IMG/VR virus record: IMGVR_UViG_3300024346_000003
DNA from: a virus
Lineage: Duplodnaviria; Caudoviricetes
DNA: 64,000 bases
Strand: one strand, 5' to 3'
Shown here: positions 10,599 to 20,891 of the stretch, piece after piece
How the letters are laid out: each line of letters begins with the position of its first letter
Numbering within the stretch: the first letter of the stretch is position 1
Translations under genes and position numbers: made by a program
Notes under the pieces: model-generated
What the model saw: only the letters and a program-made list of their open reading frames with translations
Databases searched by the model: none
Told to the model about the DNA's origin: nothing

Positions 10599-10907
10599 TT
10601 ATTTAATATCTTTATTATTACATTTAGATGATAGCATTGAAATGCTATCATCAATATGTTTTATTATGGTTTCAATTACTTCTTGATTTTTATTATCATT
10701 TGTTTTAATGACATCTTGTAAACCTTTTGATGCATCATTTAGTAACGGTAACATCTCTTTCAATTCTTTTATTCTATTCTCTTGCTCAAGTTCTAACTTA
10801 TTAATTATTCCCTTTTTCTCAAGTTGAATACTTTGAAGCCAAAGCCACATAACATAAAATGTGACACCAGCGCTACCAAATATTTGTACTAGTGAATTAA
10901 TTTCCAT
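10599..10907 (-). CDS. single-TM coiled-coil protein (holin-like candidate)
   Basis: N-terminal hydrophobic helix followed by charged coiled coil. Confidence 0.45.
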   Translation of the reverse strand: MEINSLVQIFGSAGVTFYVMWLWLQSIQLEKKGIINKLELEQENRIKELKEMLPLLNDASKGLQDVIKTNDNKNQEVIETIIKHIDDSISMLSSKCNNKDIK

Positions 10908-10909
10908 TT

Positions 10910-11686
10910 TTAATTTTGGGTTAGATTGTTTTTTAATTCTATAATTTTTGAAACATCTGAAATAAAAGTTTCTTTATTATAGTTTCTATTTAAAAGATTT
11001 TCTTTAGTTGCTAATAACTTTTCTTTAATATCACCAGATGACTCTGTTAATTTGTTATTAATAATTTCTAAACACTCTTTTATTGATGATTTATATAACA
11101 CTTCTTTTTCAGATTCATTAACACCCATAATAACTGAAACCACCTTCATTTCCGATTCAGTTAAATCAGAATATTGTTCATTAAATTTCTCAACCGCAAT
11201 TTCTGAAATAATACTATTAGGCAAACCATTCCATTCGTTAACTTCTGCTTTTTTATTGTTTAGTATATAATCAACGATTCCACTTTTTGCATTAACAATT
11301 TTATCGATATTCGTTGATGATTTCTTAGTGAAAATTAATGTATTAATATCTTCATATAATTTTGACTTAGCATCATCCAGCGTAATTTTAATAGTACCAA
11401 AGATTTTGTTTTCAGTTAATTTTAAATTAACGTCTTTAATTTCTTTTTTTGAAAAACCATCCAATAATGAAATACATTCATTAACGAATTCTGAAGCTTT
11501 AAATTTATCAGACTCAATTTTGTTCTCAATAGAATAATAAACATCGAATTGAGTTTTCAATGCTTTGTTTTCTTTTATTGTTCTAATATAATTCTTAAAT
11601 GCTACTTTACCATCACTAGTTTTTTTAGCAATACCTTCAGCTAATAGAATATTGTATGTTGATTTTATCGTACCAAAATTATTCAT
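10910..11686 (-). CDS. hypothetical head-module protein
   Basis: 258 aa ORF downstream of portal; TATTTATA upstream; multiple LxE/IxE motifs. Confidence 0.65.
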   Translation of the reverse strand: MNNFGTIKSTYNILLAEGIAKKTSDGKVAFKNYIRTIKENKALKTQFDVYYSIENKIESDKFKASEFVNECISLLDGFSKKEIKDVNLKLTENKIFGTIKITLDDAKSKLYEDINTLIFTKKSSTNIDKIVNAKSGIVDYILNNKKAEVNEWNGLPNSIISEIAVEKFNEQYSDLTESEMKVVSVIMGVNESEKEVLYKSSIKECLEIINNKLTESSGDIKEKLLATKENLLNRNYNKETFISDVSKIIELKNNLTQN

Positions 11687-11729
11687 AATTCTTTTTTATT
11701 ATAAATATGGTAAAATAGTTTAAAAAATT

Positions 11730-13757
11730 CTATTCTTCCAACATTCTATCAATGTCTTTAATCACATTATTTATATCTTCGTTTATTCTTAAGCTTTTAT
11801 CATAAACTTTAACCCTCTCATTTAATATAACATCATCTTCCACTTTACTTATTGAATTGACTAGATTATTAAAAAGTTTAGTATTTTGTTTTTTATTTTT
11901 AGGTTTAATTTTACCATTATCATCATGCTCGATGATTAAATTACCTTTATTTTTAATAGATTCGGCTGCTGGTTCTGGTGCTTCAACTGCATCTTCAGCT
12001 GGCACTTCTTCCGCTGGCGCTTCTTCACCACCTTCAGCTGGCGCTTCTTCACCTTCAGCTGGCACTTCTTCATCACCAAAATCTAATGCACCGCCACCGA
12101 AGCCGCCGCCACCGCCTCCACCACCAGTAGGTCCACCTTCAGATTCTTCACCACCTTCACCACCTTCACCACCAGATAATGCAGCATCCATATCACCATA
12201 TATAGAATCAACCTTATCAAACATACCTGTATGCTTAATAACTTGACCAGTATTCTCAAGTTCAGCAGCAGCCGCTTTTTCTATTCTTTGCTCAAGTAAA
12301 TCTTGTTTGATTTCATCATCACTCCAACCTAATATTTCTCTATGAGCTCTTGTCATAGACATTGGGGCAAATCCATTACCAGCATCAGACACTGCATCCT
12401 TATATAATGTCATCTTCAACTGTAATTGTTCAATCTTAAGTATTTCAGCTTGAGTTGATGGGTTATTAAGTGTAAGTGTAAAATTATCTAAATCATCCTC
12501 AAAACCTAAAAGGTATAAATGTATTATTGCAATTTTATTTAATTCAGCTAACATCGCTTGTTGGATTCTATTTATTGTTCTAGAAAATCTAACGTCTTGT
12601 AATGATAAATTTTTACCTTCACCTTGAGCTTCATCAAAGTTTAAGAATTGTTTAGGAACTCTTAACGCTGTAAATAATTTTCTTTGTAAATATTGAATAT
12701 CTGCAATTTGGTCTAAGTTTGCCGCACCAGCTAATGTATCAATTGGATTTGGGGCATTCTCATCTCTAACAGGAATAAAGTAATCCTGGTCATTTGCTAA
12801 TGTATTGTATCTTAAATCCACTTGACCTGTTTGTGGGTCAACAATTGGAGTTCTTTTAAATCTATTAGCAATTTCATCAACGTATGCTGGTACATCTTCT
12901 TCATCAATATTACCAACAAATATTTTATATACTCTTCTTTCTGGTGCTCTCGTTACACGATAAACAAGCATCGCATCTTCAGATAATTGTAATTGTTTCC
13001 AGATTCTTCTCGCTTTTTCTAGCATTGAAGTACCATATGGTAATCGTCTATCATCACCTAATAATCTAAAGTGAGCAATTTGCCATGAATTAAATTCAAT
13101 ATCTCTACCTCTCCAGAAGAATTTAATCTTACCAGAAGTATCCTTTGTATCCTCAACATTGATTCTGTTTCTACCACTAATCATTGCTTCGATAATATCA
13201 CCTTCTCTTCTTTCAAGCTCAAAATTAGGTAATTGTCTAGCACTAGTGATACCATAGTTATCATCTATATTTAATAATACAAAATTATCACCGTATTTAC
13301 ATGTATTTCTAGTCCACATCGGTAATGATACGTGAATATCTAATCTATTGAAAAATAAATCTTCTAATACACCTTTAATTCTATCACTATCTGAATAAAC
13401 ATTTAATATCTTACCCTTATCATTTACGGTTGTTGATTCTTCCATAAAAATATCTAAAGATGCAGCTATTTCTGGGTAAAATTCCATACTTTCAAAGTCA
13501 GTATATGAACCAATTCTTGTTGTTTCATAATGGATTGATTGTTGAAATAATTCACCATCAACTTTTCTCCAAACATTTCTTAAATATTTGTTTTGTTGAC
13601 CCTGTAATTTAACAGCATCAAAATCTTCCTTTGATTGAGTCTTAATTAAAACATCATTATTAATTGAATATTTATTAGATTGTGTTTGAGCCTGTGGTCT
13701 AACACCCTCTGGTCCAAATATCGCATTCAATCTTTGAAATACAGTCCTTTTTGCCAT
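11730..13757 (-). CDS. portal protein (T4 gp20-like)
   Basis: YPEIAASLD, HFRL, YGTSMLEKARRIWKQL, EDAMLVYRVTRAPERRVYKIFVGN, EDY-like QDYFIPVR, KLFTALRVP motifs. Confidence 0.96.
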   Translation of the reverse strand: MAKRTVFQRLNAIFGPEGVRPQAQTQSNKYSINNDVLIKTQSKEDFDAVKLQGQQNKYLRNVWRKVDGELFQQSIHYETTRIGSYTDFESMEFYPEIAASLDIFMEESTTVNDKGKILNVYSDSDRIKGVLEDLFFNRLDIHVSLPMWTRNTCKYGDNFVLLNIDDNYGITSARQLPNFELERREGDIIEAMISGRNRINVEDTKDTSGKIKFFWRGRDIEFNSWQIAHFRLLGDDRRLPYGTSMLEKARRIWKQLQLSEDAMLVYRVTRAPERRVYKIFVGNIDEEDVPAYVDEIANRFKRTPIVDPQTGQVDLRYNTLANDQDYFIPVRDENAPNPIDTLAGAANLDQIADIQYLQRKLFTALRVPKQFLNFDEAQGEGKNLSLQDVRFSRTINRIQQAMLAELNKIAIIHLYLLGFEDDLDNFTLTLNNPSTQAEILKIEQLQLKMTLYKDAVSDAGNGFAPMSMTRAHREILGWSDDEIKQDLLEQRIEKAAAAELENTGQVIKHTGMFDKVDSIYGDMDAALSGGEGGEGGEESEGGPTGGGGGGGGFGGGALDFGDEEVPAEGEEAPAEGGEEAPAEEVPAEDAVEAPEPAAESIKNKGNLIIEHDDNGKIKPKNKKQNTKLFNNLVNSISKVEDDVILNERVKVYDKSLRINEDINNVIKDIDRMLEE

Positions 13758-13807
13758 AATTTTTTTTATTTACTTAATTATAATGAAATAAGATTTAAAT
13801 TAAATAC

Positions 13808-14074
13808 TTATTGCACATAATTACACTCTACATAAGCTAGATGTTGTAATATACCATTTACAACAATCATCTCATATACATATCCTGTTATATTATCAAT
13901 CCCTTGCGAACCCTTTTTAGCATCACAAAAGACTTTAGGTCCAATACCTTTACCTAGATTCATTGAAGATTGTTTATCGATACTATCATCAACACACCAA
14001 GTATATAATTGGGTCACATTCTTACCAACATTGGTATTTCTAGTAAAACACTTTCTATCTCTAACTCTAGCCAT
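13808..14074 (-). CDS. small hypothetical protein between terminase and portal
   Basis: 88 aa ORF with 4 Cys, co-oriented. Confidence 0.55.
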   Translation of the reverse strand: MARVRDRKCFTRNTNVGKNVTQLYTWCVDDSIDKQSSMNLGKGIGPKVFCDAKKGSQGIDNITGYVYEMIVVNGILQHLAYVECNYVQ

Positions 14075-14086
14075 TTTTTTATATTT

Positions 14087-15841
14087 TTATTTTAATCCAC
14101 TGAATAACCATAAATATTCACCCTTTGGGTCTTGCATATTTTTTGCAACCTGGGTGTTAAAATTTGGTTTACCAGTATTTGTTTTATTTCTTTGATTTTT
14201 AGGAACAAACCCTGTATTATATGTATCATCAGTAGCTTTATTAGAACCACCAACTTGCCAAGCTGATAATATCGCTTTAGTTTGTTTCTCAAGCTTCTTT
14301 AATTTCTTAAATGATGATTCCAATATCCATAAAGCCATACCTAATGATAGTAAACAATCATCATGATACCCTTCCATGTGGTCAGGTCTACCATTTTTAT
14401 AGATAAATGTCTTCATTTCATTTATAACACGCTTAGATTTAATCTTTATAGTGTTAGTTCTAACTGCAATCTCCAAATGTGATATTAATTGAAGTCTAAC
14501 ACCATTGATATTAAATCCAGCTACCTTTTTACCATTTTCTGTTTTAATTGAATCGTAATGTAAGTTAGGATATTTTAATTCCACAAGTTTTGATGTAGTA
14601 GTATTACCAACACCAACATTATCAACAACCAAATAAGCACTATACTTAGTACCATATACATTAAGTATTTCAGCAAATGTATCTGGTGGTACTTTACCCT
14701 GGAATTCAGCAACCTGTTCCATTGTCGTAAAATCAATGATTTGGAAACATGAAAAGTCAGCCCCATCACCACGAGCAACATCGGCTGCTAATATGTATTG
14801 ATGTTCAGCCTCAGGTTCATTCCAAATCCAAACTAAACCACTATTACCATCATAATACGTATCATCAATATATTTAGGTTTTTCAACATTCTGAGTATCA
14901 TGCATATTGATATACTCATCATCTATTACGTTACCCCCAGAACCTAGGAATGATACGTCAAGCTCTTGTGCAATTTTCTTCTTATCATTGTTCATCCCCT
15001 TACACATATCACGATACCAAGTGGAAGTAGGTTTATAACCTTTCTTAACCATTTCTTCAAATGAATCTAAAGTGAATTCAACTTCAGTAATAATTTCATC
15101 AGCTTTTAACCACTGTAAATCTTTATTATATCTAGGGTCTTGATACCATTTTAATTCAATAACATTGTAGTCATTATCACCCTTCTCAGATTGTTCGTAT
15201 GTTTTATAATACAATGGGTCATAACCATTAGGTGTTGAAATTAATATTGCACCACCCCCAGTACCTAATGATGTAATTGCCGCAGAATATAATTCAGCAC
15301 CATTTACAATAAAGGCTGCCTCATCAAAAATAAGTAATGTTGGGGTATATCCACGAAGTGCATCTGTTGATGTTGCTACCGCAATGATTTTACTACCATT
15401 AGGTAACTCAATCTCAATTTGGGAATCTTTTATAAATATAGATTTCTTTTCTTTCTCATCAGTACCATAGTAGTCTGGACCCCAAACCCATCTAGGTAAT
15501 TGTGAACAATAATCTTTAATACCTTTAGTAAATTTTTTAGCTAAATTTAATTTATTGGCAATTACAATTATAGTTTCTGGATTTTTAGAATCAGCAAATG
15601 CACATTTAATTGCACTATATGCTTGTGTTGTCGTTGAGATACCAGCCTGTCTAGGTTTTGTTACGATATTAAAACGATATTTTTGATAACAATCTACTAT
15701 ATATTGTTGTCTAATGAATAAGTTGAATGGAACAAACCCTTCTTGAGTTTTATCAAATGTTGATAAATACGTTCCTATTGCGTATTTTGGGTCAATCACA
15801 CATTTTGCATATTCATTTAATATTTCACCGCTTGTTAGCAT
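14087..15841 (-). CDS. terL: terminase large subunit (T4 gp17-like)
   Basis: KPRQAGIST Walker A, RGYT...IFDEAAF Walker B, ISTPNG, ADVARGDGAD and HDD nuclease motifs. Confidence 0.96.
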   Translation of the reverse strand: MLTSGEILNEYAKCVIDPKYAIGTYLSTFDKTQEGFVPFNLFIRQQYIVDCYQKYRFNIVTKPRQAGISTTTQAYSAIKCAFADSKNPETIIVIANKLNLAKKFTKGIKDYCSQLPRWVWGPDYYGTDEKEKKSIFIKDSQIEIELPNGSKIIAVATSTDALRGYTPTLLIFDEAAFIVNGAELYSAAITSLGTGGGAILISTPNGYDPLYYKTYEQSEKGDNDYNVIELKWYQDPRYNKDLQWLKADEIITEVEFTLDSFEEMVKKGYKPTSTWYRDMCKGMNNDKKKIAQELDVSFLGSGGNVIDDEYINMHDTQNVEKPKYIDDTYYDGNSGLVWIWNEPEAEHQYILAADVARGDGADFSCFQIIDFTTMEQVAEFQGKVPPDTFAEILNVYGTKYSAYLVVDNVGVGNTTTSKLVELKYPNLHYDSIKTENGKKVAGFNINGVRLQLISHLEIAVRTNTIKIKSKRVINEMKTFIYKNGRPDHMEGYHDDCLLSLGMALWILESSFKKLKKLEKQTKAILSAWQVGGSNKATDDTYNTGFVPKNQRNKTNTGKPNFNTQVAKNMQDPKGEYLWLFSGLK

Positions 15842-15912
15842 AGGTTTTTATTAATAAATATGTGAAAACACGCAAAAACAAAAAAGGATGACTTTCGCCA
15901 CCCTTTTATAAA

Positions 15913-17052
15913 TTAGAATAAATCCTCTATCTCAAATAAATCATCACCCATTGATTCATTATATTCATCTTCTTTTATTTCTCGTTTTATTTCATTTAAT
16001 AATTCTGAAATAATTTCTTTACCTCTTTTAGTACCCCCTAGTATCTCTCTCATCGTATGAGCATATTCCTTAGGTTCCAATTGTGAAATATCAGCATATA
16101 CATGATGCTTTAAATTAAAATCACCAGCTGGTATCATAGCACAGAATTTACCCCATAAACCAGGACCAATTCTCATATCCCATGGTTCAGCTTGTACAAA
16201 ATCTGATTTGTTAATAACATACTCAGCTATATTTTTTTTATTTGGTAAACCAGGTGCTGATAGAATTTCCATACAACCTTTAACCAATTCATGTATTAAT
16301 ACTGGGAAAACCATTGCTTTAGCATTTAATGTTGTTGGTTTGTTTTTTTCTTTTGAACCAAACTCAACTTCACATTTACCAGCATTTGTTGAACTCTCTA
16401 AAGTTGGCTGCAAATAATACATGTAATCAGCGGCAGTCATCATTTTTTTATAATTGTTAATCAATTTAGGATTCATATTAGTTAATTCAGCATCAGCTAA
16501 ATGATACATATGATTAACTTTTTTTGCAGCACCTTGATTCATTGCATTTACAAATCTTCTTTTATATACACTATCATTTGCATACTCCATTTCATCGTGG
16601 TCATCAAATTCAGTGATGGTTTCTTGGTCAGGTACTAAATTTGTACCATTTAAATCAATATAAGGTGTTAATTCAGCATTTATAATAACTTCTTCTGGTA
16701 TATCGAATTCTTCTCTAACCATTTTAACAGCTAATTCTACTAATTCTTTTTTGTGTTTTTCTTCTAAAGACATTGTATCATTAACTAAAGGCATCATTTC
16801 CATCATTAAAGACATATTATCTATCTCCTCAACATTAAATGCTTTTTTAACTTCATTAACAACATCTTTAAATCTTTCACCAACAATTGCTGTTGCAAAA
16901 TTTCGTTCATTACCAACTGGAAAACAAGGACTTTCACCTAAAGAAGTTTTATTACTTAATAAATCTTCCTCAAGTTTTGGGTGCATTCTTTCTTTTAAAT
17001 CTTTTGGGTAAATAAGACTTTCAGCTAATATGTTTTTAGTTCTTCTACTCAT
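15913..17052 (-). CDS. conserved-looking hypothetical protein, head module
   Basis: 379 aa ORF with VLIHELVKG motif, followed by terminator-like hairpin at ~15880. Confidence 0.7.
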   Translation of the reverse strand: MSRRTKNILAESLIYPKDLKERMHPKLEEDLLSNKTSLGESPCFPVGNERNFATAIVGERFKDVVNEVKKAFNVEEIDNMSLMMEMMPLVNDTMSLEEKHKKELVELAVKMVREEFDIPEEVIINAELTPYIDLNGTNLVPDQETITEFDDHDEMEYANDSVYKRRFVNAMNQGAAKKVNHMYHLADAELTNMNPKLINNYKKMMTAADYMYYLQPTLESSTNAGKCEVEFGSKEKNKPTTLNAKAMVFPVLIHELVKGCMEILSAPGLPNKKNIAEYVINKSDFVQAEPWDMRIGPGLWGKFCAMIPAGDFNLKHHVYADISQLEPKEYAHTMREILGGTKRGKEIISELLNEIKREIKEDEYNESMGDDLFEIEDLF

Positions 17053-17498
17053 TATTTTAAATCTTTAACTTTTATTGTTTTTATAACTTTTCTTTTATTT
17101 TTTACAGATTCATCTATAGAACCTAATTTAGACATATAATCTTGACCTTCAGGTGAATTTAACCAGTCATTATAGTCTTCTCTATTTCTATCATCTCTAT
17201 CCGCAAGATTCTCAATATCTGAAGGACCTAAATCACCAAAATCTTCACCAGTTCCAGGATGATTATTTTCACTCACACCATCACCCTTTATAAATGTACC
17301 CATTGGTCCGTCTATAATATCTTTATTTGTTTTAGCCACTTTCTTATCCAAATCCTCAAGTGCTTTTTTAGATTTTTCAATATCTTCAGGCTTTATTAAT
17401 TTTGATTTATCATTTTGTTGGTTAACATCAGTTGTATTGCTAGTATTTACAACAGCATTTGCAGCTGCTTCAAGTATACTTATTTTTTTAATTCTCAT
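17052..17498 (-). CDS. hypothetical protein
   Basis: 148 aa ORF with overlapping stop/start. Confidence 0.65.
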   Translation of the reverse strand: MRIKKISILEAAANAVVNTSNTTDVNQQNDKSKLIKPEDIEKSKKALEDLDKKVAKTNKDIIDGPMGTFIKGDGVSENNHPGTGEDFGDLGPSDIENLADRDDRNREDYNDWLNSPEGQDYMSKLGSIDESVKNKRKVIKTIKVKDLK

Positions 17499-17499
17499 A

Positions 17500-17898
17500 T
17501 TACTTAACTTTTTTTTCTTTGTTATATTCTAAAACTAAATCACGTTCATAAAGTTTATCATTAACTTCAGCTATGTCTAAACCAAATGAGAACCAAAGTC
17601 TAGATTCTGGATATTCTTCATAACCATCAATATCTTCCCAAGCCAATGCAACAATTTTATCAACCGCATCCCAAACAGCAAACGTATCACTATCTTGAAC
17701 TAAATTGAATTTTATATCGGTACTTAATTTACCAACTGATTTAACAAATTCAGAATGTGGTGGCTCTGGTCTACCAGAAGCTGGAACCGCATCCCAATTA
17801 TCACCATCAACATTATCAATATCAGATGAGAAGAGAAATTCATAAATGAAATCACCTTCCCAACCTTTACCAACTTTATTTATGTAAATTAATTTCAT
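17500..17898 (-). CDS. hypothetical protein
   Basis: 132 aa ORF translationally coupled to neighbours. Confidence 0.7.
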   Translation of the reverse strand: MKLIYINKVGKGWEGDFIYEFLFSSDIDNVDGDNWDAVPASGRPEPPHSEFVKSVGKLSTDIKFNLVQDSDTFAVWDAVDKIVALAWEDIDGYEEYPESRLWFSFGLDIAEVNDKLYERDLVLEYNKEKKVK

Positions 17899-19706
17899 TA
17901 ATAGTCCATTTTAGGTTTTGGTGCATGTGCTGGCTCAGCTTCCCAAATTCTTTTTCTTCTTGGTGAAGGTTGTGCTGGTTTTGTTTCTGGAATTACCACA
18001 GGTTCTTTAACTGGGTTATTCAATGTAATAGAATCTAACATATCTTGCATTTCGTTTAATTTTTCAATTATAACATCGTTATTTGCAAATATACTATTTT
18101 TTTTCAAATTATCCAAAGATTCACTTATTTTAACACATTTATCTTTACCATTTTCAGTACCAGCGTACTTATAACCTTTCCAACATGCTTTACCATCAAC
18201 ACCTTTTATTTTATCTTCACCAACTATTTTAGATACTGGTGTTCTAGACCACATTTTACATGACCAATATTTAGGTGTAGTTCTATCTTTTGCTTGAGCA
18301 CATTTGTGTCTAGCTCTGAATGATTTTCTTCTTTTTGGGTCATCTCTTTTAATTTCCATATTTGGGTCACCAAAATTAACTTTAACCACATTACCTTTTT
18401 TATTTTTAACGTAAACTTTAAATTTCTTAACATCACCCTTTGTCGGTTTACCTAATGTAACTTTTCTACCTTGGTATTCAGCTTCATTAATCCCATTCCC
18501 AACAAATAATTGCGCAATATCACTTTCTGGCGATTCAACTGAACCATGATTATCTTCATATCCAGCTTCAGTATCACCGTCATAACCAAGTTGACCAGTT
18601 AAAAAATGATAAACTTCTTCAATATCATCTTTTGAAGTTGCTGCTAGATTTGAAATCCATTCACCATGGTTTAAAATCTCATTATCAACCATAAACACAT
18701 CCATATTTAATATTTCATGTGTTGCATGTTTTATCGTTTTCAAATTTTGAAATAACATATAATTATTAGATTCAGACTCTTCAGTCATTCTTTCTTGACC
18801 TTCTAAATAATGGTAAATGTGCTCAATATCATGAGTTGCTGTTGCAACATGGTCTAAAGCCCAACCATGACCATTATCTAATAAAGCACTAACTTCATTC
18901 ATATCCATACTCAATAATTCACAAGCATCTTCATATATTGAATAGATATCATTAAAAAACATTCCATTTTTTAATTCTTCACCACCTTGATTATCGTTAT
19001 TTTCATGTACTTCAAAATCATCACCAAATGCGACAACATTATCACTTAATAAATCATCAGACTCCCACATTTGATTTTCAGCACCTGGTGCAAATCTAGC
19101 ATCATTTGCAAAATATGATTTGTCAGCATTACCAGGTTGAAAACCTAAATCACCAGCTTCATCTAAAGGCTCTTCAGTTTCAGAATCAACATCTACTTCA
19201 TCATCACCCATATTTGCTTCTTCATCATCACCAGTATCAACATTAACATCAACATTAACATCTTTACCTTCATCACCAGAAGATTTAATTTTTTTGATTA
19301 TATCTTTTTGGTCTTCTTCATCCATTTCAGCAGTATGAGTCGCTGAAATTACAGAATTAATTGCAAATTTTTCTAAATCAAAATCAGGTTGACCTTTATC
19401 TTCACTATATTTTCTAAGTGTAGTACCTAATTTACCAGCAAGTTGCTGTATATATTTTTCTGGGTCCTCAGTTTCATCAGCTTCAATACCAGCATCGAAA
19501 GGTGTATCATCAAATGGTTTATCATCACCAGGTGCAGCTTCAGGTACCTCAGCATCCAAACCCATATCAGCTTCCTCACCACCAGTTACAGGAGGTGTAG
19601 AAACGTCCAAAGCTGGCGTACTAGGTGCAGCCAGCTTTAGTTTATATTTTACTTCTTCTTCTAGATTATACCCTTCCTCTTCATCAGCGAAAAGACCAGT
19701 AGACAT
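17898..19706 (-). CDS. acidic putative head-associated protein; possibly the -1 frame extension of 19727..20512
   Basis: KKFKVYV..VKVNFGDPNM..RRKSFRARHKC and CWKGY..G...GKDKCVK motifs seen in T4-like virion proteins; frame open upstream to a slippery site. Confidence 0.7.
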   Translation of the reverse strand: MSTGLFADEEEGYNLEEEVKYKLKLAAPSTPALDVSTPPVTGGEEADMGLDAEVPEAAPGDDKPFDDTPFDAGIEADETEDPEKYIQQLAGKLGTTLRKYSEDKGQPDFDLEKFAINSVISATHTAEMDEEDQKDIIKKIKSSGDEGKDVNVDVNVDTGDDEEANMGDDEVDVDSETEEPLDEAGDLGFQPGNADKSYFANDARFAPGAENQMWESDDLLSDNVVAFGDDFEVHENNDNQGGEELKNGMFFNDIYSIYEDACELLSMDMNEVSALLDNGHGWALDHVATATHDIEHIYHYLEGQERMTEESESNNYMLFQNLKTIKHATHEILNMDVFMVDNEILNHGEWISNLAATSKDDIEEVYHFLTGQLGYDGDTEAGYEDNHGSVESPESDIAQLFVGNGINEAEYQGRKVTLGKPTKGDVKKFKVYVKNKKGNVVKVNFGDPNMEIKRDDPKRRKSFRARHKCAQAKDRTTPKYWSCKMWSRTPVSKIVGEDKIKGVDGKACWKGYKYAGTENGKDKCVKISESLDNLKKNSIFANNDVIIEKLNEMQDMLDSITLNNPVKEPVVIPETKPAQPSPRRKRIWEAEPAHAPKPKMDY

Positions 19707-19726
19707 CCCATCTACTTTAGTTTCAA

Positions 19727-20512
19727 TTAAGCTTTTTTTTTTAAAGTATTTAACAATGCTTCTTTTTCAGATTCAGTTAATGAATTTAAAATACCACTTA
19801 CTTTATCAGAAGTATCTTCACCAATAATTGAATCCATTCTAGCCATTGCAGTTTCAATACTAAAACCTTTTTTAGATTCAGGTATATTTATTTCTTTTGG
19901 TGGGTTAGGTAGTTGATTAGGGTCATCTTCATTTCCCATAGTGTAATCAACATCATCTAACATTTCATCGATAGCCATTTCATTTTCAGATAATTTAACA
20001 GCTTCAAATTCATCATCAGCATCTTTGTTAGCAAGATTATCACCAAATTGACCTTCTTCCTTACCTTCTTTAGAATCGTAAGATAATTTTTCACCAGATT
20101 TATCTAAAATATCTTTAGATGCATCATTTTCAGCTAACAAATTGTCATCTACAAATGCATTGTAGCTACTAATTTTACCATGAGCTTCATTTAAACTCAT
20201 TAATTTTAAATTCAAATGTTTAATAGCTTTTGCGTATGATGGGTATACTTCAGATGTCTTATTCATCAAACCACCAATGTAATTGAAATCTTCAGTTACT
20301 AAATTTGATTGTTTGTCAGTTATTTTAATAAAATAATTGTGACCTTCTCTAACCACACCATAAACCTTACCATCAGGTCCTAATTTAGTCAATTCAACAA
20401 CAGAATTTTTAACGTCTTCATTTAATTGGGATTGACCCATTAATTCTCGCATTCTGTTAAGCTTATCATTACCTTTTAACCCTGTAGGTTTAACTATAAA
20501 TGGATTCTTCAT
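19727..20512 (-). CDS. hypothetical head-region protein ending in TTTAAAAAAAAAA slippery run
   Basis: 261 aa ORF; many LxE motifs. Confidence 0.75.
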   Translation of the reverse strand: MKNPFIVKPTGLKGNDKLNRMRELMGQSQLNEDVKNSVVELTKLGPDGKVYGVVREGHNYFIKITDKQSNLVTEDFNYIGGLMNKTSEVYPSYAKAIKHLNLKLMSLNEAHGKISSYNAFVDDNLLAENDASKDILDKSGEKLSYDSKEGKEEGQFGDNLANKDADDEFEAVKLSENEMAIDEMLDDVDYTMGNEDDPNQLPNPPKEINIPESKKGFSIETAMARMDSIIGEDTSDKVSGILNSLTESEKEALLNTLKKKA

Positions 20513-20538
20513 TTTATATTGTTTTTTTAATTTTTTAT

Positions 20539-20796
20539 TTATAAGCTAATTGACCCCAAATATGGGCTACCATTAGTGACATCTTTATTAACACCAAGTA
20601 CATAACAACCAACACCACCAGATAGTGTATTAATACCTATGAATATACTAGAACTACTACCCATATCAATGCTATACCCATTAACAGTAATGGTGCAACC
20701 TGTTGGTCCACCATATATTTCATTATAAGTGTATGCTGTTAAGTTAGCATCAGCAATTGTATGACATACTGCACTTACTTCATTTATTTTTGCCAT
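20539..20796 (-). CDS. small hypothetical (structural-like) protein
   Basis: 85 aa ORF, TATTTATA upstream at 20811. Confidence 0.6.
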   Translation of the reverse strand: MAKINEVSAVCHTIADANLTAYTYNEIYGGPTGCTITVNGYSIDMGSSSSIFIGINTLSGGVGCYVLGVNKDVTNGSPYLGSISL

Positions 20797-20891
20797 AATA
20801 TATTATAGTTTATAAATATAAATATGCGAAAAGTCTAAAAAAGATATTTTTATAAAATAAAAATGGGATACTTTCATACCCCATTTATTTT

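Noticed and set aside
19698-19716. Small-RNA core AGTAGAC-TCC complementary to GGA-T-GTCTACT over the start codon/frameshift stem
   Set aside because: Only 7 contiguous bp (10 with a bulge); plausible by chance in 64 kb. Revisit only if conserved in relatives.
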